From Octopus bimaculoides (Eukaryota), in contig NC_068994.1 in the NCBI RefSeq assembly GCF_001194135.2, forward strand, positions 57,957,651 through 58,021,650: a DNA stretch of 64,000 nucleotides, read 5' to 3'. The position numbers and the translations under genes were made by a program. The notes below the pieces were generated by a model. It did no database searches. It saw only the letters and a program-made list of their open reading frames with translations, and was not told the DNA's origin. Below are positions 13,872-24,758 of the stretch, one piece after another (within the stretch, counting starts at the first letter, position 1; each line of letters starts with the position of its first letter).

Positions 13872-13917
13872 GACACCTGATGAAGGTTGGAGGGTATATC
13901 AGCCGAAACACTGTGTT
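13872..13917 (+). ncRNA. Hammerhead motif, damaged copy
   Basis: GACAC-CTGATGA-A-GGTTG...CAGCC-GAAA-CACT-GTGTT; CGTT is changed to CACT, destroying the palindrome and the UH cleavage site. Confidence 0.55.
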
Positions 13918-15249
13918 AACAACAAACAAGGACAAATATCCGTCAAATGGAAATAATGTAATTCAAAACTAAGTGCATAAATAAGCATTACATTTGCCAG
14001 AGTAATGTATGTGTCAGAGAGTTAACCACATAAAAGTAGAAAAATAATTGGAATACTTCAAACCACTCTAAGATAAAATCCTGTTATTCACTCTTATGTG
14101 ATATACTCTTGAGAGTAAGTTAATCACTCTTATTTACTCTGCTTGTTATTATCAATATTTAAGTAGAAGGATGGTGGTGGTGGTGGTGGTGGTGGTGGTG
14201 GTGGGGAACAAATATTATAATTGCTAAATATAACATTTGCTAAATGTGTAGGTAAACACAAAATATCTATTGTCCATTGTTTCATAAATTATTCATAATT
14301 GACTTCACAATTATCACCATTGCCTGCCTTGCAGAATCATTTATGACATATGCTTGGGATTAAGGGAGATTTGGCTGTTATTTCTTATCAGTTTGACAAA
14401 CATGTATGCTCCCTCATTGCCTGGAATTACTTATGTTCCAGCATACAGGTTAAATTATTCTAGCCAAAATTTGCATTCAGAAAAGCTTGGGGTTGACTCC
14501 TCTACCAACATGACTTAGGCACAGGAGTGGCTGTGTGGGAAATAGCCTGCTTATCAACCACATGGTTCCGGGTTCAGTCCCACTGCGTGGCACCTTGCAT
14601 CCAGCTGTAGAAAACCATGCCAAATCAGACTGGAGTCTGGTGCAGCCTTCCAGCTTACCAGCCCTGGTCAAACTGTCCAACCCATGCCAGCATGGACAAT
14701 GGATGCTAAATGATGATGATGATGATGTAGATTAGTGTCCTAATCAATGTGGAGGTTTGTACCGCTTTTGATTGATGCTATAGAACCAGGAGGTAAGGGC
14801 CAGCCCAGTGGGTTGTATGACCCATGGAAAGAAATACTGCTGATGATGATGGTAGTTGTGGCAGTTATTTTAAACCAGAGCACAAGGCCAGATTTTTAGA
14901 TATGTTGAGGAAGAGATTAGTTGATAAGATTCCACAACATTATATAAAGATAAATTTAAACTTATTACCAGTTCAAATAAGCTTGAGGCATATCCGAACC
15001 TAAAACAAAGCCATTCGTTGTATTTTGTGATGGAGAAAAATTCTTGCTGTAGACCAGCGGTTCTCAAACATTTATTGTTTGTGGACACCTTTGATGCCCA
15101 TTCTACTCTACTGGACCTCCATGTTAAAAAAAAAACAAAAAAGGAAAATCCTATTTTTATAATTAAATTTTATTAGGAATTGTATACAAAAAAAAAAAAA
15201 TTAACATCTTATGTGTATTGTAGAAGTATAAAAGTATAACTAATTTATT

Positions 15250-15574
15250 CACATTATTTACATTTGACAGATATTTGTCCTCATCTTGTTTGTTGTTAAC
15301 ACAACGTTTCGGCTGATATACCCTCCAGCCTTCATCAGGTGTCTTGGGGGATATTTTGAACCTGGGTTCTCATTCTTAAGGTATTTTTCGCTGTTATTAT
15401 TATTATTCAGGTCACTACCTGGAATCGAACTCGAAATCTTGTTGTTAGTAGCCTGCGCTCTTAACCACTACGCCATATGCCCACATTGTGATAACAACAA
15501 ACAAGATGAGGACAAATATCCATCCAATCTAAAGAAAGTACATAATTCCTCATCTCTTAAATATAGAACTCTAT
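15250..15574 (-). mobile_element. Second copy of the tRNA-head/hammerhead element, nested in a hAT MITE
   Basis: Minus-strand head with box A TGGCGTAGTGG (15465-15475) and box B GAGTTCGATTCC (15421-15432); inverted 3'-end piece at about 15483-15574; TSD TAACTAATTTATT at 15237-15249 and 15575-15587. Confidence 0.75.
15298..15343 (-). ncRNA. Minimal type I hammerhead ribozyme motif, intact
   Basis: Same 46-nt sequence as 13674-13719. Confidence 0.7.
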
Positions 15575-16412
15575 TAACTAATTTATTGTTCATAAACTTC
15601 TGTGACAAAATCTTATGTGGACCCTTAAGGGCCATGTGCACTCCAGTTGAGTACCACTGCTGTAGACAAATAGGGGAAAATACACCAAGTCATTTAAGAG
15701 AGACCTGTCTCTTGTCAATTCCAGTGTCTAATGCTGAAGAGGAGTTAACTACTCCAAAATGTATGCATCCATCAACCTGGTGGGAGCTGCTCTTAGAAGT
15801 GTCTTGGTGTAATATTTACACCTATTTATCTACAGTGAGAAATTTTCTTCATCACAAAATACAGTGAATGGTGTTTTTTATTGGATTAGCTATGCCTCAA
15901 GCATATTTGAATTGATAGCAAGTTTATATTCGCACACAGAAACTGCTTAGCACTTCTGATCTGTATTATATAGAGAGTATTTTCTTGACCTTGGGACAAT
16001 GGAGGGTAAATTTGACCGTGGTGCGACCTGAACTCTGAACTGTTGAGGACTATAAGGGACAAATGAACACAAAATGCAATGTTTTATGATAAGCTTATCT
16101 CTCACAATCTTATAGCTGTTGTTGTTGTTGTTGTAGTTGTTTCTTCCTTCTGTGCTCCTAGTTGCCAATCTGATCTTTTCTCTCAGCTTGGTGGTTGTTT
16201 GTGCTAAAATCAATTGCTTGCAGCATGTATTGTTGAAAAGCAGATGTTCTCACAGCTTGATGTTCCATGTGAAATCACTCAACAGTGAACTGAATATGAT
16301 GCCTATCTATATGCATTTTTATATCTATACACTTATACACACACACACATGCATGTTCAAAAATACATTTGATCGTGTTGTGTTAGTTAGGCTTCAGTAA
16401 ACTTGTGGCAAA

Positions 16413-16517
16413 TTGGAGAAACTATTCAAATACAAAACCACAAGTCCAGCATTCTGGTTTGAGAAAACACTGTCTACTTTCTTTCTCAAGGTCATGTGAG
16501 TTGCATGTACTGTCCTG
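16413..16517 (+). repeat. 105-bp direct repeat, copy 1 (copy 2 at 17684-17788)
   Basis: TTGGAGAAACTATTCAAATACAAAACC...CTGTCCTG; 3 mismatches between copies by eye. Confidence 0.9.
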
Positions 16518-16718
16518 CACAACAACTTGTGTGGTGGCATGTTGTAGTGAAGACATGTTGTGCAGTGACATGCCATGTGCTAGTGAGGATCTGGTGTGTA
16601 TTGTAGTATAGTTATGTTGCTGTTGCTTCCTCCAAGCCAATGCTGTATAAAGGAAGAGCCTCTGTCTATTTTCATCAGTTATTCTGTCTATTCTGTGCCC
16701 CTGTTTCAGCCTTTACAC

Positions 16719-17480
16719 CAGGGGTGTCAAACTCAATCACACAGGGGGCCAAAACTCAAAGCACACCTTACGTCACAGGCCGAACAGGATAAACATTTAT
16801 TGAACAGACTAAAACTTTTTGAACATGTCTTGAAACAGATGGTATATAATTTCATTCCAAAAATAAATTACCTTAAATTCTTTAAAACATTTTGCTCTGC
16901 ATAAAAGTATCTCCTGTCAAAATTATAAAAATTTAAAATAAGAACCTGTTGCAAAAAAAAAAAGAAGAAAATATAATTTTAAAATTTGTGTTTCAGTGAA
17001 AATTAAAATGATAAATCAAAACTTTCAATTTTCTTTATACAATTTTGTCTGAGCTACAAACTTGGCATCTTGGCAAGGAGTTCATTGATGTTTGGGGCAA
17101 AGTTCTATGTTGTTGAGACTCTCAGGATGGATTGCCGATGGTCATCTGTGAGACGACATCCTATATGATGTTCTATTCATCTTCATCACAGAGAACGGCT
17201 GCTTGCACAGACATGTGCTTCCAGACAAAGACAGTGTTCAAACTGCATGTAAACGGAGCTGGGGCTTTGCTTCAGGTATGAAGCGAGTGAACTGGGCGGG
17301 ACCCACAGAGTCGTACTTTACTTTTAATGTCCCATTACACTGCATTTCTATCAGCCCCATTTGAATGTGTAGTGGTGCAGTTTCCCATACTACCTTCCAA
17401 GCAGTTAGCTTATCTGCACCACCCAAGGACCTGATATAATCTACAAAAGCTGTTACCGAAAGCTGGCTCTTGTTGTGCAC
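16719..17480 (-). mobile_element. hAT/Charlie (GTF2IRD2/SPIN-like) transposase remnant, C-terminal dimerisation region plus one TIR
   Basis: Minus-strand translation with frameshifts: APLHIQMGLIEMQCNGTLKVKYDSVGPAQFTRFIPEAKPQLRLHA..SGSTCLCKQPFSVMKMNRT..RLTDDH..ILRVST..PNINELLAK; terminal CAGGGGTGTCAAACT at 16719. Confidence 0.85.
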
Positions 17481-17683
17481 TACAAAAGTATCCGGTTGCT
17501 ACAATGTTGTGATTTCTGGAAGCCTACTTGTTCATTCCTTATTCTTTTATTTGTGTCAGTGATTTTGACTGCGGCCATGCTGGAGCACCGCATTTAGTCA
17601 AACAAATCGACCCCAGGACTTATTCTTTGTAAGCCCAATACTTATTCTATTGGTTCCTTTTACTGAACTGCTAAGTTCTGCCT

Positions 17684-17788
17684 TTGGAGAAACTATTCAA
17701 ATACAAAACCACAAGTCCAGCATTCTGGTTTGAGAAAACACTGTCTACTTTCTTTCTCAAGGTCATATGAGTTGCCTCTACTGTCCTG
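17684..17788 (+). repeat. 105-bp direct repeat, copy 2
   Basis: See 16413-16517. Confidence 0.9.
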
Positions 17789-18190
17789 TTATTATTCCTG
17801 TATTTTAATTAATTCAAATTACTGGCATTATCTTTAGATTTTTGGATGGCAAGCTTTCTCCCAGGTAGGATACAGGGCCATGGCAGCATTTCCCCAAGGA
17901 ACAGACTACTTTTCGGTACTATAGATTGATCTTGCTGTTGTTAGGTACACTTGGGCGTTAAGAGTTTAGGCCAAGGGTAAACTACATTTTTTTTTTTTTT
18001 TTTTTTTTGCTACTGACTTCTCAGTGAGTTCTTTACTTACTTTGGTATTAGTCAACTGAGAGGGCCCCCACTTGAGTTTTCATTGTTGGGTTTGAAGGAT
18101 TTTGGTGATGGTTGTTGGGTGCTTATGTGTATGTTCAAGTATTGCTATTATTGTAAATTAATTATTCATCTTGTTGTTCTTGTATTTCAG

Positions 18191-18397
18191 TCTCATATCC
18201 ATGACAGGTTACGTTACTGATGGTCCTGCAAATTATTCTGAAAATTGTAAATGTAGCTGGTTGATAAACCCCAACACGACAAACAGCAGCCGTCCAATTC
18301 ACATACAAATGCTGCATTTCATCACAGAATGTGGATGGGACCACCTCTATATTTATGATGGGGATTCTGCTTTCTCCACACTCCTTGCAGCCTACAG
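18191..18397 (+). CDS. ATRN: Attractin exon 2: CUB domain, N-terminal part
   Basis: Acceptor tgtatttcag|; LISMTGYVTDGPANYSENCKCSWLI...HFITECGWDHLYIYDGDSAFSTLLAAY; donor AG|GTAACC. Confidence 0.95.
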
Positions 18398-18614
18398 GTA
18401 ACCATTCTTGCTGAGACTCTAGCAATTATTTCAGTTGTTGTTGTGGGTTGGGCAGTGGAAAATAAAAAAAAATTTACCTTTTGGGAATTACTTATGTACC
18501 TTCATATTTCCAAGTTTAAACCTTGATGTTGAGGACTTTACCTTTAATTCTCTGCAGATCAATAAAATAGCAGTAAAGTAAAAATTTTAAAGTACCAGTA
18601 AAATACTGAGGTCT

Positions 18615-18829
18615 TTAATTCTTTAGCATTCAAATTACTCTGTCAAATGCAATGCTTATTTATTCACACTGTTTTGAATTAATCATGCATTCTCATCTCT
18701 GAGATTTCAATAATGTGATTGCTTGTTTTTAGAATGACATTATAGGATAGGTGTGAAAAGCCAGATCTGGTCAGTGTTAACATAAAACATCAAACGGGAT
18801 GTGGCCCGTTTAAATGCTAAAGGGCTAAA
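18615..18829 (-). mobile_element. TTAA-flanked MITE, same family as 13432
   Basis: TTAATTCTTTAGCATT...AATGCTAAAGGGCTAA inverted ends. Confidence 0.65.
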
Positions 18830-18894
18830 TCAAGTATATGCACCCTGAAGTTTGTGGCCTTGTGCTAGTATCAGAAGTCATTATTATAAAGGTG

Positions 18895-19450
18895 TAGATT
18901 CTGCTGAGGTCGACTTCACTTTTCATCCTTTCGGAGTCAATTAAATAGTACCAGTTATGCACTGGGGTCAATGTAATTGACTTAATCCCTTCCCCCAAAT
19001 TTCAGACCTTGTGCCTACAGTAGAAAGGATTATTATTAGTCGGCATGCTGGCAGAATTGTTAGCATGCCATGTAAAATGCTTAGGGGCATTTCATTTGTC
19101 CTTTTTATGTTCCGAGTTCAAATTCCGCCAAGGTGAACTCTGCCCGTCAACCTTCTGGGGTCAATGAAAATAAGTACCAGTTGACAATTGGGATCAATGT
19201 AATTGATAATTGATTTACCCACTCCCCTAAAATTGCTGGCCTTGTACCGAAATTTGAAATCATTAATGTTATCATTGGCAGCATGCTGGCAGAATTGTTA
19301 GCATGCCAAGTAACAGCCATCTTTGCATTCTGAGTTCAAATTCTGCTGAGGTTGATGAAATAGTACCATTTGAACACTGACGTGCATGTAATCAACTAAG
19401 CCTTCCTCACTGAAAAACAAATTTCATGCCTTGTGCCTATAGTAGAAAAG
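18895..19450 (+). mobile_element. Three tandem copies of SINE family B in intron 2
   Basis: Repeated GCTGGCAGAATTGTTAGCATGCC...GAGTTCAAATTC(C/T)GC..AGGT...GTACCAGTT...CCTTGTGCCT; the last copy's (TTA)n tail runs into the exon 3 acceptor. Confidence 0.75.
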
Positions 19451-19489
19451 ATTAATATTGTTATTATTATTATTATTTATTTATTTCAG

Positions 19490-19615
19490 TGGGGTCATCA
19501 TTGAAGATAACAAAGAAGAGTCCAACATAGAAATTACAGCCAAATCAGGGTCAGCATATCTGATGTTTTTCAGTGATTTAGCATTTAACATGTCTGGATT
19601 CAACATAAGCTACAG
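19490..19615 (+). CDS. ATRN: Attractin exon 3: CUB domain, C-terminal part
   Basis: Acceptor atttcag|; SGVIIEDNKEESNIEITAKSGSAYLMFFSDLAFNMSGFNISY; donor AG|GTAAGT. Confidence 0.93.
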
Positions 19616-19807
19616 GTAAGTGTTGGCTGACAAATAGTTTTATTTTTATTGAAGGCAAGGTCAGCCCCGCTCTGTGTAATGATTAAATACATTTCTGCTG
19701 ACTGTCCCGTTTTTACCAACCCTTGCATAATTAAGATGCCGGAAGGACAAACCAATTTTGTTGTTGCTGTTTTATAGTTGTTTTACTGGAAGATTTTTTT
19801 TTTCCAG

Positions 19808-20190
19808 GTATGGCAGTAAGGTAAAAAGTTTACTTCCCAACCACTTGGTTCCAGGTTCACAGCTTGGTACCTTGGCAAATGTTTCCTAAAATAGTCATGG
19901 ACTGACCAAACCCCTTGTGTGGATTTGGTGGACGGAAACTGAAAGAAGCCCGACATGTGTGTTTGTGTCTTTGTGGCTGTGTTTGTCACATGTCACCACT
20001 GGACATCTGATGTTTGTGTGTTTACACCCTTATAACTTAGCAGTTCAGCAAAAGAGACCAATACAATAAGTTCCAGGTTTAAAAAAAAAAAAATAAGTGC
20101 TGGGGGTTGATTTTGTTCAACTGAAATTCTTCAAGGCAGTACTCCAGTATGGCCACAGTCTAATGACTGAAACAAGTAAAAGATAAAAGA
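19808..20190 (+). mobile_element. SINE family A copy
   Basis: Same head, body and tail as the 13043 copy, diverged. Confidence 0.7.
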
Positions 20191-20499
20191 TAGTGGTATG
20201 AGGCTGGGCAGTGACCATGTCCTCTGCAGTTCACTCCTTGATTGATATGATTGATGCAAAAGATGCTCAATCATCGTAACCTTTTTAGCTCATCCCTAGA
20301 TTGATGATATTAATGTGGTGGACATTCAGTGGCCTTGACCTTTGGTGAAAGAAAGATGGAGCTGGGGTGAGAAGTGGCCATGAACTTGTTTAGTTTTGAA
20401 CAGTTGTAAGTTGGAATCTTGGGAAAATGGTGCTGTTGGAGTGGAGAGATTTAGTGGGATACAAGTTAAGGTGAAGAAGGATACTTATTCTTAGTGCAA

Positions 20500-21266
20500 G
20501 TTTTGAAGAGTGCAGTTCGATTTTAACAGTTATGTTTTCAAAGCTATAATGAAAGTGACAAAGGAGCATATTCAGCATATTTTGCTTTATGAGTTCAATA
20601 ATGCAAAGGAAAGTGCGAGGAATATTAATGCAGTATATGGGGATTGGATAGTAAGCGTAAGCCAGTGTCAATGGTGGTTCCAGAAATTCCGAGCTGGAAA
20701 CTACGGCCTAGAAGATAAGCCTTGCCATGGAAGATCTGTAGAGCTTGATGAGGATGTCCTGGTGGGACAAAATCCCATCGTAACTGTTGAGAAATTAGCA
20801 GAGAAGCTTGGATTTGGTCATTCAACCATTCATCAACACTGCCGTGCCATCAGAAAATAACTATTTTTGGTTTCAAGACAAAAGGTGTTCTTCCATCAGG
20901 ATAATGCTCGGCCACATACAGTGAGGATGACATTCCGAAGACTGGAGCTGTTTGAATGGGAAATGATGCCCCACCCACTATATTTGCTGGACAATACCCC
21001 CATCTGATTATCATTTATTCTGCAGTCTTCAAAATCATTTGGGCAGAAAAAATAAGAATTCTGTAGATGAGGTCAGAACAATACTGGAGGAGTATTTTTC
21101 ATCACGGACAAGTGAATTTTGGAAGAGGGGCCTTGCAAGTCTACCAGTTAGATGGAAGAACATTGTAGAAAATGAAGGAGAGTATATTTCAGATTAAAAA
21201 ACTTTATCTCAATTTTGAAAAATATAAGAAGTATAAAAACGTGCATTATTTATGGGATGACTTAAT
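20500..21266 (+). mobile_element. Mariner transposon remnant, internally deleted
   Basis: HTH region MKVTKEHIQHILLYEF...WFQKFRAGNYGLEDKPCHGR; later HQDNARPHT and WEMMPHP..(SPDLAP)SDYHLF with stops and frameshifts; right TIR-like GCATTATTTATGGGATGACTTAA at about 21243-21265. Confidence 0.9.
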
Positions 21267-21370
21267 TGTTAAGGTCAAGGTAAGCTATCACTTCGTATCA
21301 TACCAACTTATTGAAAGAGGTATGAATATCATTTAATCTTGTTTGAACTCCAGTTTCTCTTTGTTTTCAG

Positions 21371-21543
21371 AGTTGGTGGCTGTCCATTAAAGTGTTCAGG
21401 TCATGGCCTTTGTGAAAATTATGTGTGCCGGTGTCAGAAGGGTTATGTGGGCGATGGCTGTGAGATTGAACTCTGTCCAAATAATTGCTCCAACCACGGA
21501 AATTGCTGGAACGATCAGTGTGAATGTGATACAGGATATATTG
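21371..21543 (+). CDS. ATRN: Attractin exon 4: two EGF-like repeats
   Basis: Acceptor ttgttttcag|; VGGCPLKCSGHGLCENYVCRCQKGYVGDGCEIELCPNNCSNHGNCWNDQCECDTGYI; donor G|GTGAG. Confidence 0.95.
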
Positions 21544-21909
21544 GTGAGGAAAACATTTTAGACTTCTTCGCTCTTTGTCCTCTTATTTTTCTGTCAGTGG
21601 CTTCCATTTAGTATGTCTTTGGTTGTCTTCTTGTGTTTTCCATCTTCTTGTATCTTTATGTCTTCTCTCTTGTCGACTTTCATCCTTATGTTGTATCTTC
21701 ATCTTGTTGTGTCTTTCATTTTCTTTCTGAGTTTCCTTATAATCCTGTGTCTTACCTTGTCTTGTGTCCTGTATGTAGTTGATTCTACTTCTGCTGTCCT
21801 CTTACTGTCACTTGTACTAAACTGACCATCACGTGGCATCCAAACACCTCACAGTTCTGTCCACTGTCTTCGTTTGATATTCTCAAGATTTTTTTGTCGT
21901 TATTTTCAG

Positions 21910-22069
21910 GTAATGATTGTAGTCGGAAAGATGGCAATGATCTGTGGACACGATTACCACCAGAAAAGCAGATAAGTGGCCGAGCATCTCATCAAGTGGC
22001 TAAGGTCAATGACACAGTATGGGTTGTGGGAGGTTACAGTTTTGAAGAAGATACCATGCTGATGTCTGT
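21910..22069 (+). CDS. ATRN: Attractin exon 5: end of EGF and kelch 1
   Basis: Acceptor tattttcag|; GNDCS...SGRASHQVAKVNDTVWVVGGYSFEEDTMLMS; donor GT|GTAAGT. Confidence 0.92.
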
Positions 22070-22194
22070 GTAAGTAATTTAAACATTTACACACCATTGC
22101 AACCCACATCATCCCCACTTCTAGACATACAAACTGTAGAAGTACAACAATGACGGGATAATCCTTTCATGTACCACATAATCCTTTCTACTAT

Positions 22195-22388
22195 TGGCGC
22201 AAGGCCTGAAATTTGGGGGGAGGGGGACTAGTCGATTACATTGACCTCAGTGTTTCACTGGTACTTAATTTATTGACCCCGAAAAGTAAAGTTGACCTTG
22301 GCAGAAATTGAACTCAGAATGTAGCGATGTGTGAAATACTGCAAAGCATTTCACCTGGCATGTTAACGATTCTGCTAGCTTGCCGCCT
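22195..22388 (-). mobile_element. SINE family B copy
   Basis: Reverse complement of the family B blocks. Confidence 0.75.
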
Positions 22389-23266
22389 TTTTCACGTACC
22401 GCATAATACCAGTGAAGTGTTTCTTTATCTTCGACCAGATGAGTTGAGTCTGCACTTTAGCACAGACATTCAAACCAAGTTCTTTCAGAAAGAAATTTCA
22501 TAACTATTTCAAATAAATAATTTTATTATTATCCCTGAAGACCGGATGTTTGGAATTTGCTTCTGTTACGTTCCTGCCAACTTCTTTTCAGACTTTCTTT
22601 AATTCCTCCTCATCACTATTTAACGTCTGTTTTCCATGCAGGTATGGGTTGGACGGTTTGGCAGGGGCTGGCAAGGCTGGAGAGCTGCACTAGGCTCTAT
22701 TGTCTGCTGTCACATGGTTTCTACAGCTAGATACCCATCCTAGTGCCAACCACTTTACAGAATGTACGGCATAAACACACACACACACAACGGGTTTCTT
22801 TCAGTTTCCATCTACCAAAATTCACTCACAAAGCTTTAGTTGACCCAAGGCTATAGTAGAAGACACTTGCATAAGGTGCATGCAGTGGGACTGAACTTGG
22901 AACCATGTGGTTGGGAAGCAAGCTTCTTACCACACAGCCAAATAACAAAACAAACATTTTTTTTTCAGTATTCTGTGAAAACATGTTTGACCTTTGAAAT
23001 CTTACCTTGCTTGGAAACAAGGTAAGGGTCGGGGGACAGGAAGGGCGTCTGACTGTAGAAAATCTGCCTCAATAGACTCTGTCCAAACCATGCATGCAGG
23101 GAAAAGCAGATGTTTGAGATGATGATGATGGCAAGTACAATGTGTCATCTAACTCTCATCTATGTAATGTAGACACATCAATAAGAAGCAGGGAATCATT
23201 ATTTTTATATTGTATATTGATTAAAATATTCTGAGAGAATTTTTTTTTCTCAAATTTTTACTTCAG

Positions 23267-23378
23267 CTTCAATTTAACAGAGGAAAAATGGACAATGTTT
23301 TATCCACCTGCAAGCACTCCTGACTCAAGAAATCCCACTCCGAGTTCACGTCATGGACACTCACTTGTACTTCATGAG
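23267..23378 (+). CDS. ATRN: Attractin exon 6: kelch 1/2
   Basis: Acceptor ttttacttcag|; FNLTEEKWTMFYPPASTPDSRNPTPSSRHGHSLVLHE; donor GAG|GTAAGT, phase 0. Confidence 0.9.
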
Positions 23379-23453
23379 GTAAGTTCAGTTTCACTCTGAT
23401 GGCTTTAATTTCTATACAAGTACAGCTATACACCCACTCACGTACACCCTCAT

Positions 23454-23488
<35 letters not shown>

Positions 23489-24349
23489 TACATACACACA
23501 CACATCCACATACATAGGTGCAATTTTGGCTGCTTGGTCAAGAATTTTACTTTGTGACTATGTGGTTTCAGGTTTGGAGCATCTTGGGTTGGTGTCTTCT
23601 GTTTATAACCCCTGGCAGAATATTTCAACTCTAACTACCAGATTTATAATGTCCAGTCTGAATTTAATATTTTCCTGTTACACAACTCTAGAATCAGAAA
23701 TTTTTCTAGATTTCAAGTAAAATTATTTTCATACAGTGCACCACAAAATGATCTCTTGCACATTTTATCAAGGACCCAACTCCCCAGGGCACATTCATAG
23801 CCCTGTGATTCTGAGTGTGATCCCATTGCATAACTCCTTGAGCAAGTGTTTTCTACTACAGCCTCTGTTCAATGAAAACCTTGTGGGTTAAACCTGGCTA
23901 AATGAAAATTGTGTGTTAGCTCATTGGATATTCCTATTCTTGGGTGCTAGACTTATCTGTTGCTAGGTTTAGCACCGAACTAGGTTCTCTTCTTCACACC
24001 AGTTTTAAATGCCCCGCAAAAAGTTTGTTGATTCTAAACTTCCTTTTCTAAGTCATAAATAACAAAGAAATTATGTCAGAGAAATCAGTTGGGTTAAATG
24101 ACTTCTGCATCATTGAGTAACCACAGAGCTGGCTCTTATTTTGTAATTTTATATAACAATGTCAGGCTGGTTGTTCTTAATTTTAGTGATATTGTCTTTG
24201 TGTATGCACATTCAAGCATGCACTTGCTCATTCATGGATACACTTCTACACGTGTATATTTACTCAAACACAAGCATATTCTTACGCTCATGCACACTTA
24301 CACCACATCTGTCTGTCTGTCATTATTGATGCTTTCCTCAATCTTCCAG

Positions 24350-24578
24350 AACCAGCTGTACATGTATGGAGGTGTGGTTGGCAACAACATCTCCAATGAA
24401 TTCTGGATGTTTGACCTGGGACAGGAAGTTTGGACTCTACTGAAAAATTCAACATGGGAGAGCTACCAGCTGGCTGTGTCTGGCCACACAGCTCATGTTG
24501 TTGATGATGTGATGCATGTTTTCTTCGGTCACAGTCCCATTTATGGCTATCTGCATTGCATTCAGGAATTCTACTTTG
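24350..24578 (+). CDS. ATRN: Attractin exon 7: kelch 2/3
   Basis: Acceptor tcttccag|; NQLYMYGGVVGNNISNEFWMFDL...AVSGHTAHVVDDVMHVFFGHSPIYGYLHCIQEFYF; donor G|GTCAGT. Confidence 0.95.
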
Positions 24579-24758
24579 GTCAGTTTCTTTCAGCTTTTCC
24601 ACCTCACTTTTTTGTTGTTTGTAAATTTTTTCTTCTTCCTCTCTCTTGACTATATACACTCACTCACAATCTCACTCCTACAAGTCTATGGGTCATGGCT
24701 GCATTCTGTTGGTTATTCATTGACCGTTTCTAAATAATTGTTTCTCTGTACTTTGCAG

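Larger units (their letters stand above)
13597..13958 (+). mobile_element. Non-autonomous Penelope-like/SINE element with tRNA-like head and hammerhead motif, preceded by an inverted copy of its 3' end
   Basis: Head 13722-13794 with box A TGGTGTAGTGG and a degenerate box B; body 3' segment 13868-13958 is mirrored by an inverted arm 13597-13723; TSD TAATTCAAAACT at 13585-13596 and 13959-13970. Confidence 0.75.
13432..14025 (+). mobile_element. TTAA-flanked MITE (piggyBac-like ends), interrupted by the hammerhead element
   Basis: Starts TTAACCCTTTTAGCAG, ends GAGAGTTAA; the internal sequence resumes across the 12-bp TSD and matches copies at 18615 and 49608. Confidence 0.6.
15055..15659. mobile_element. 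hAT (Charlie-like) MITE with 8-bp TSD
   Basis: Ends CAGCGGTTCTCAAAC and GTTGAGTACCACTG; perfect TSD CTGTAGAC at 15047-15054 and 15660-15667. Confidence 0.8.

Noticed and set aside
15410-15482. tRNA-like sequence with perfect A and B boxes and a CTACTAA loop
   Set aside because: I could not form a proper acceptor stem, and it is the head of a repeated TSD-flanked element; it is SINE-like rather than a tRNA gene. The same applies to 13722-13794 and the SINE A, B and C heads.
20510-20860. 116-aa ORF as a functional transposase or SETMAR-like gene
   Set aside because: It is internally deleted, the catalytic region has stops and frameshifts, and the left TIR is missing; treated as a dead mariner copy.
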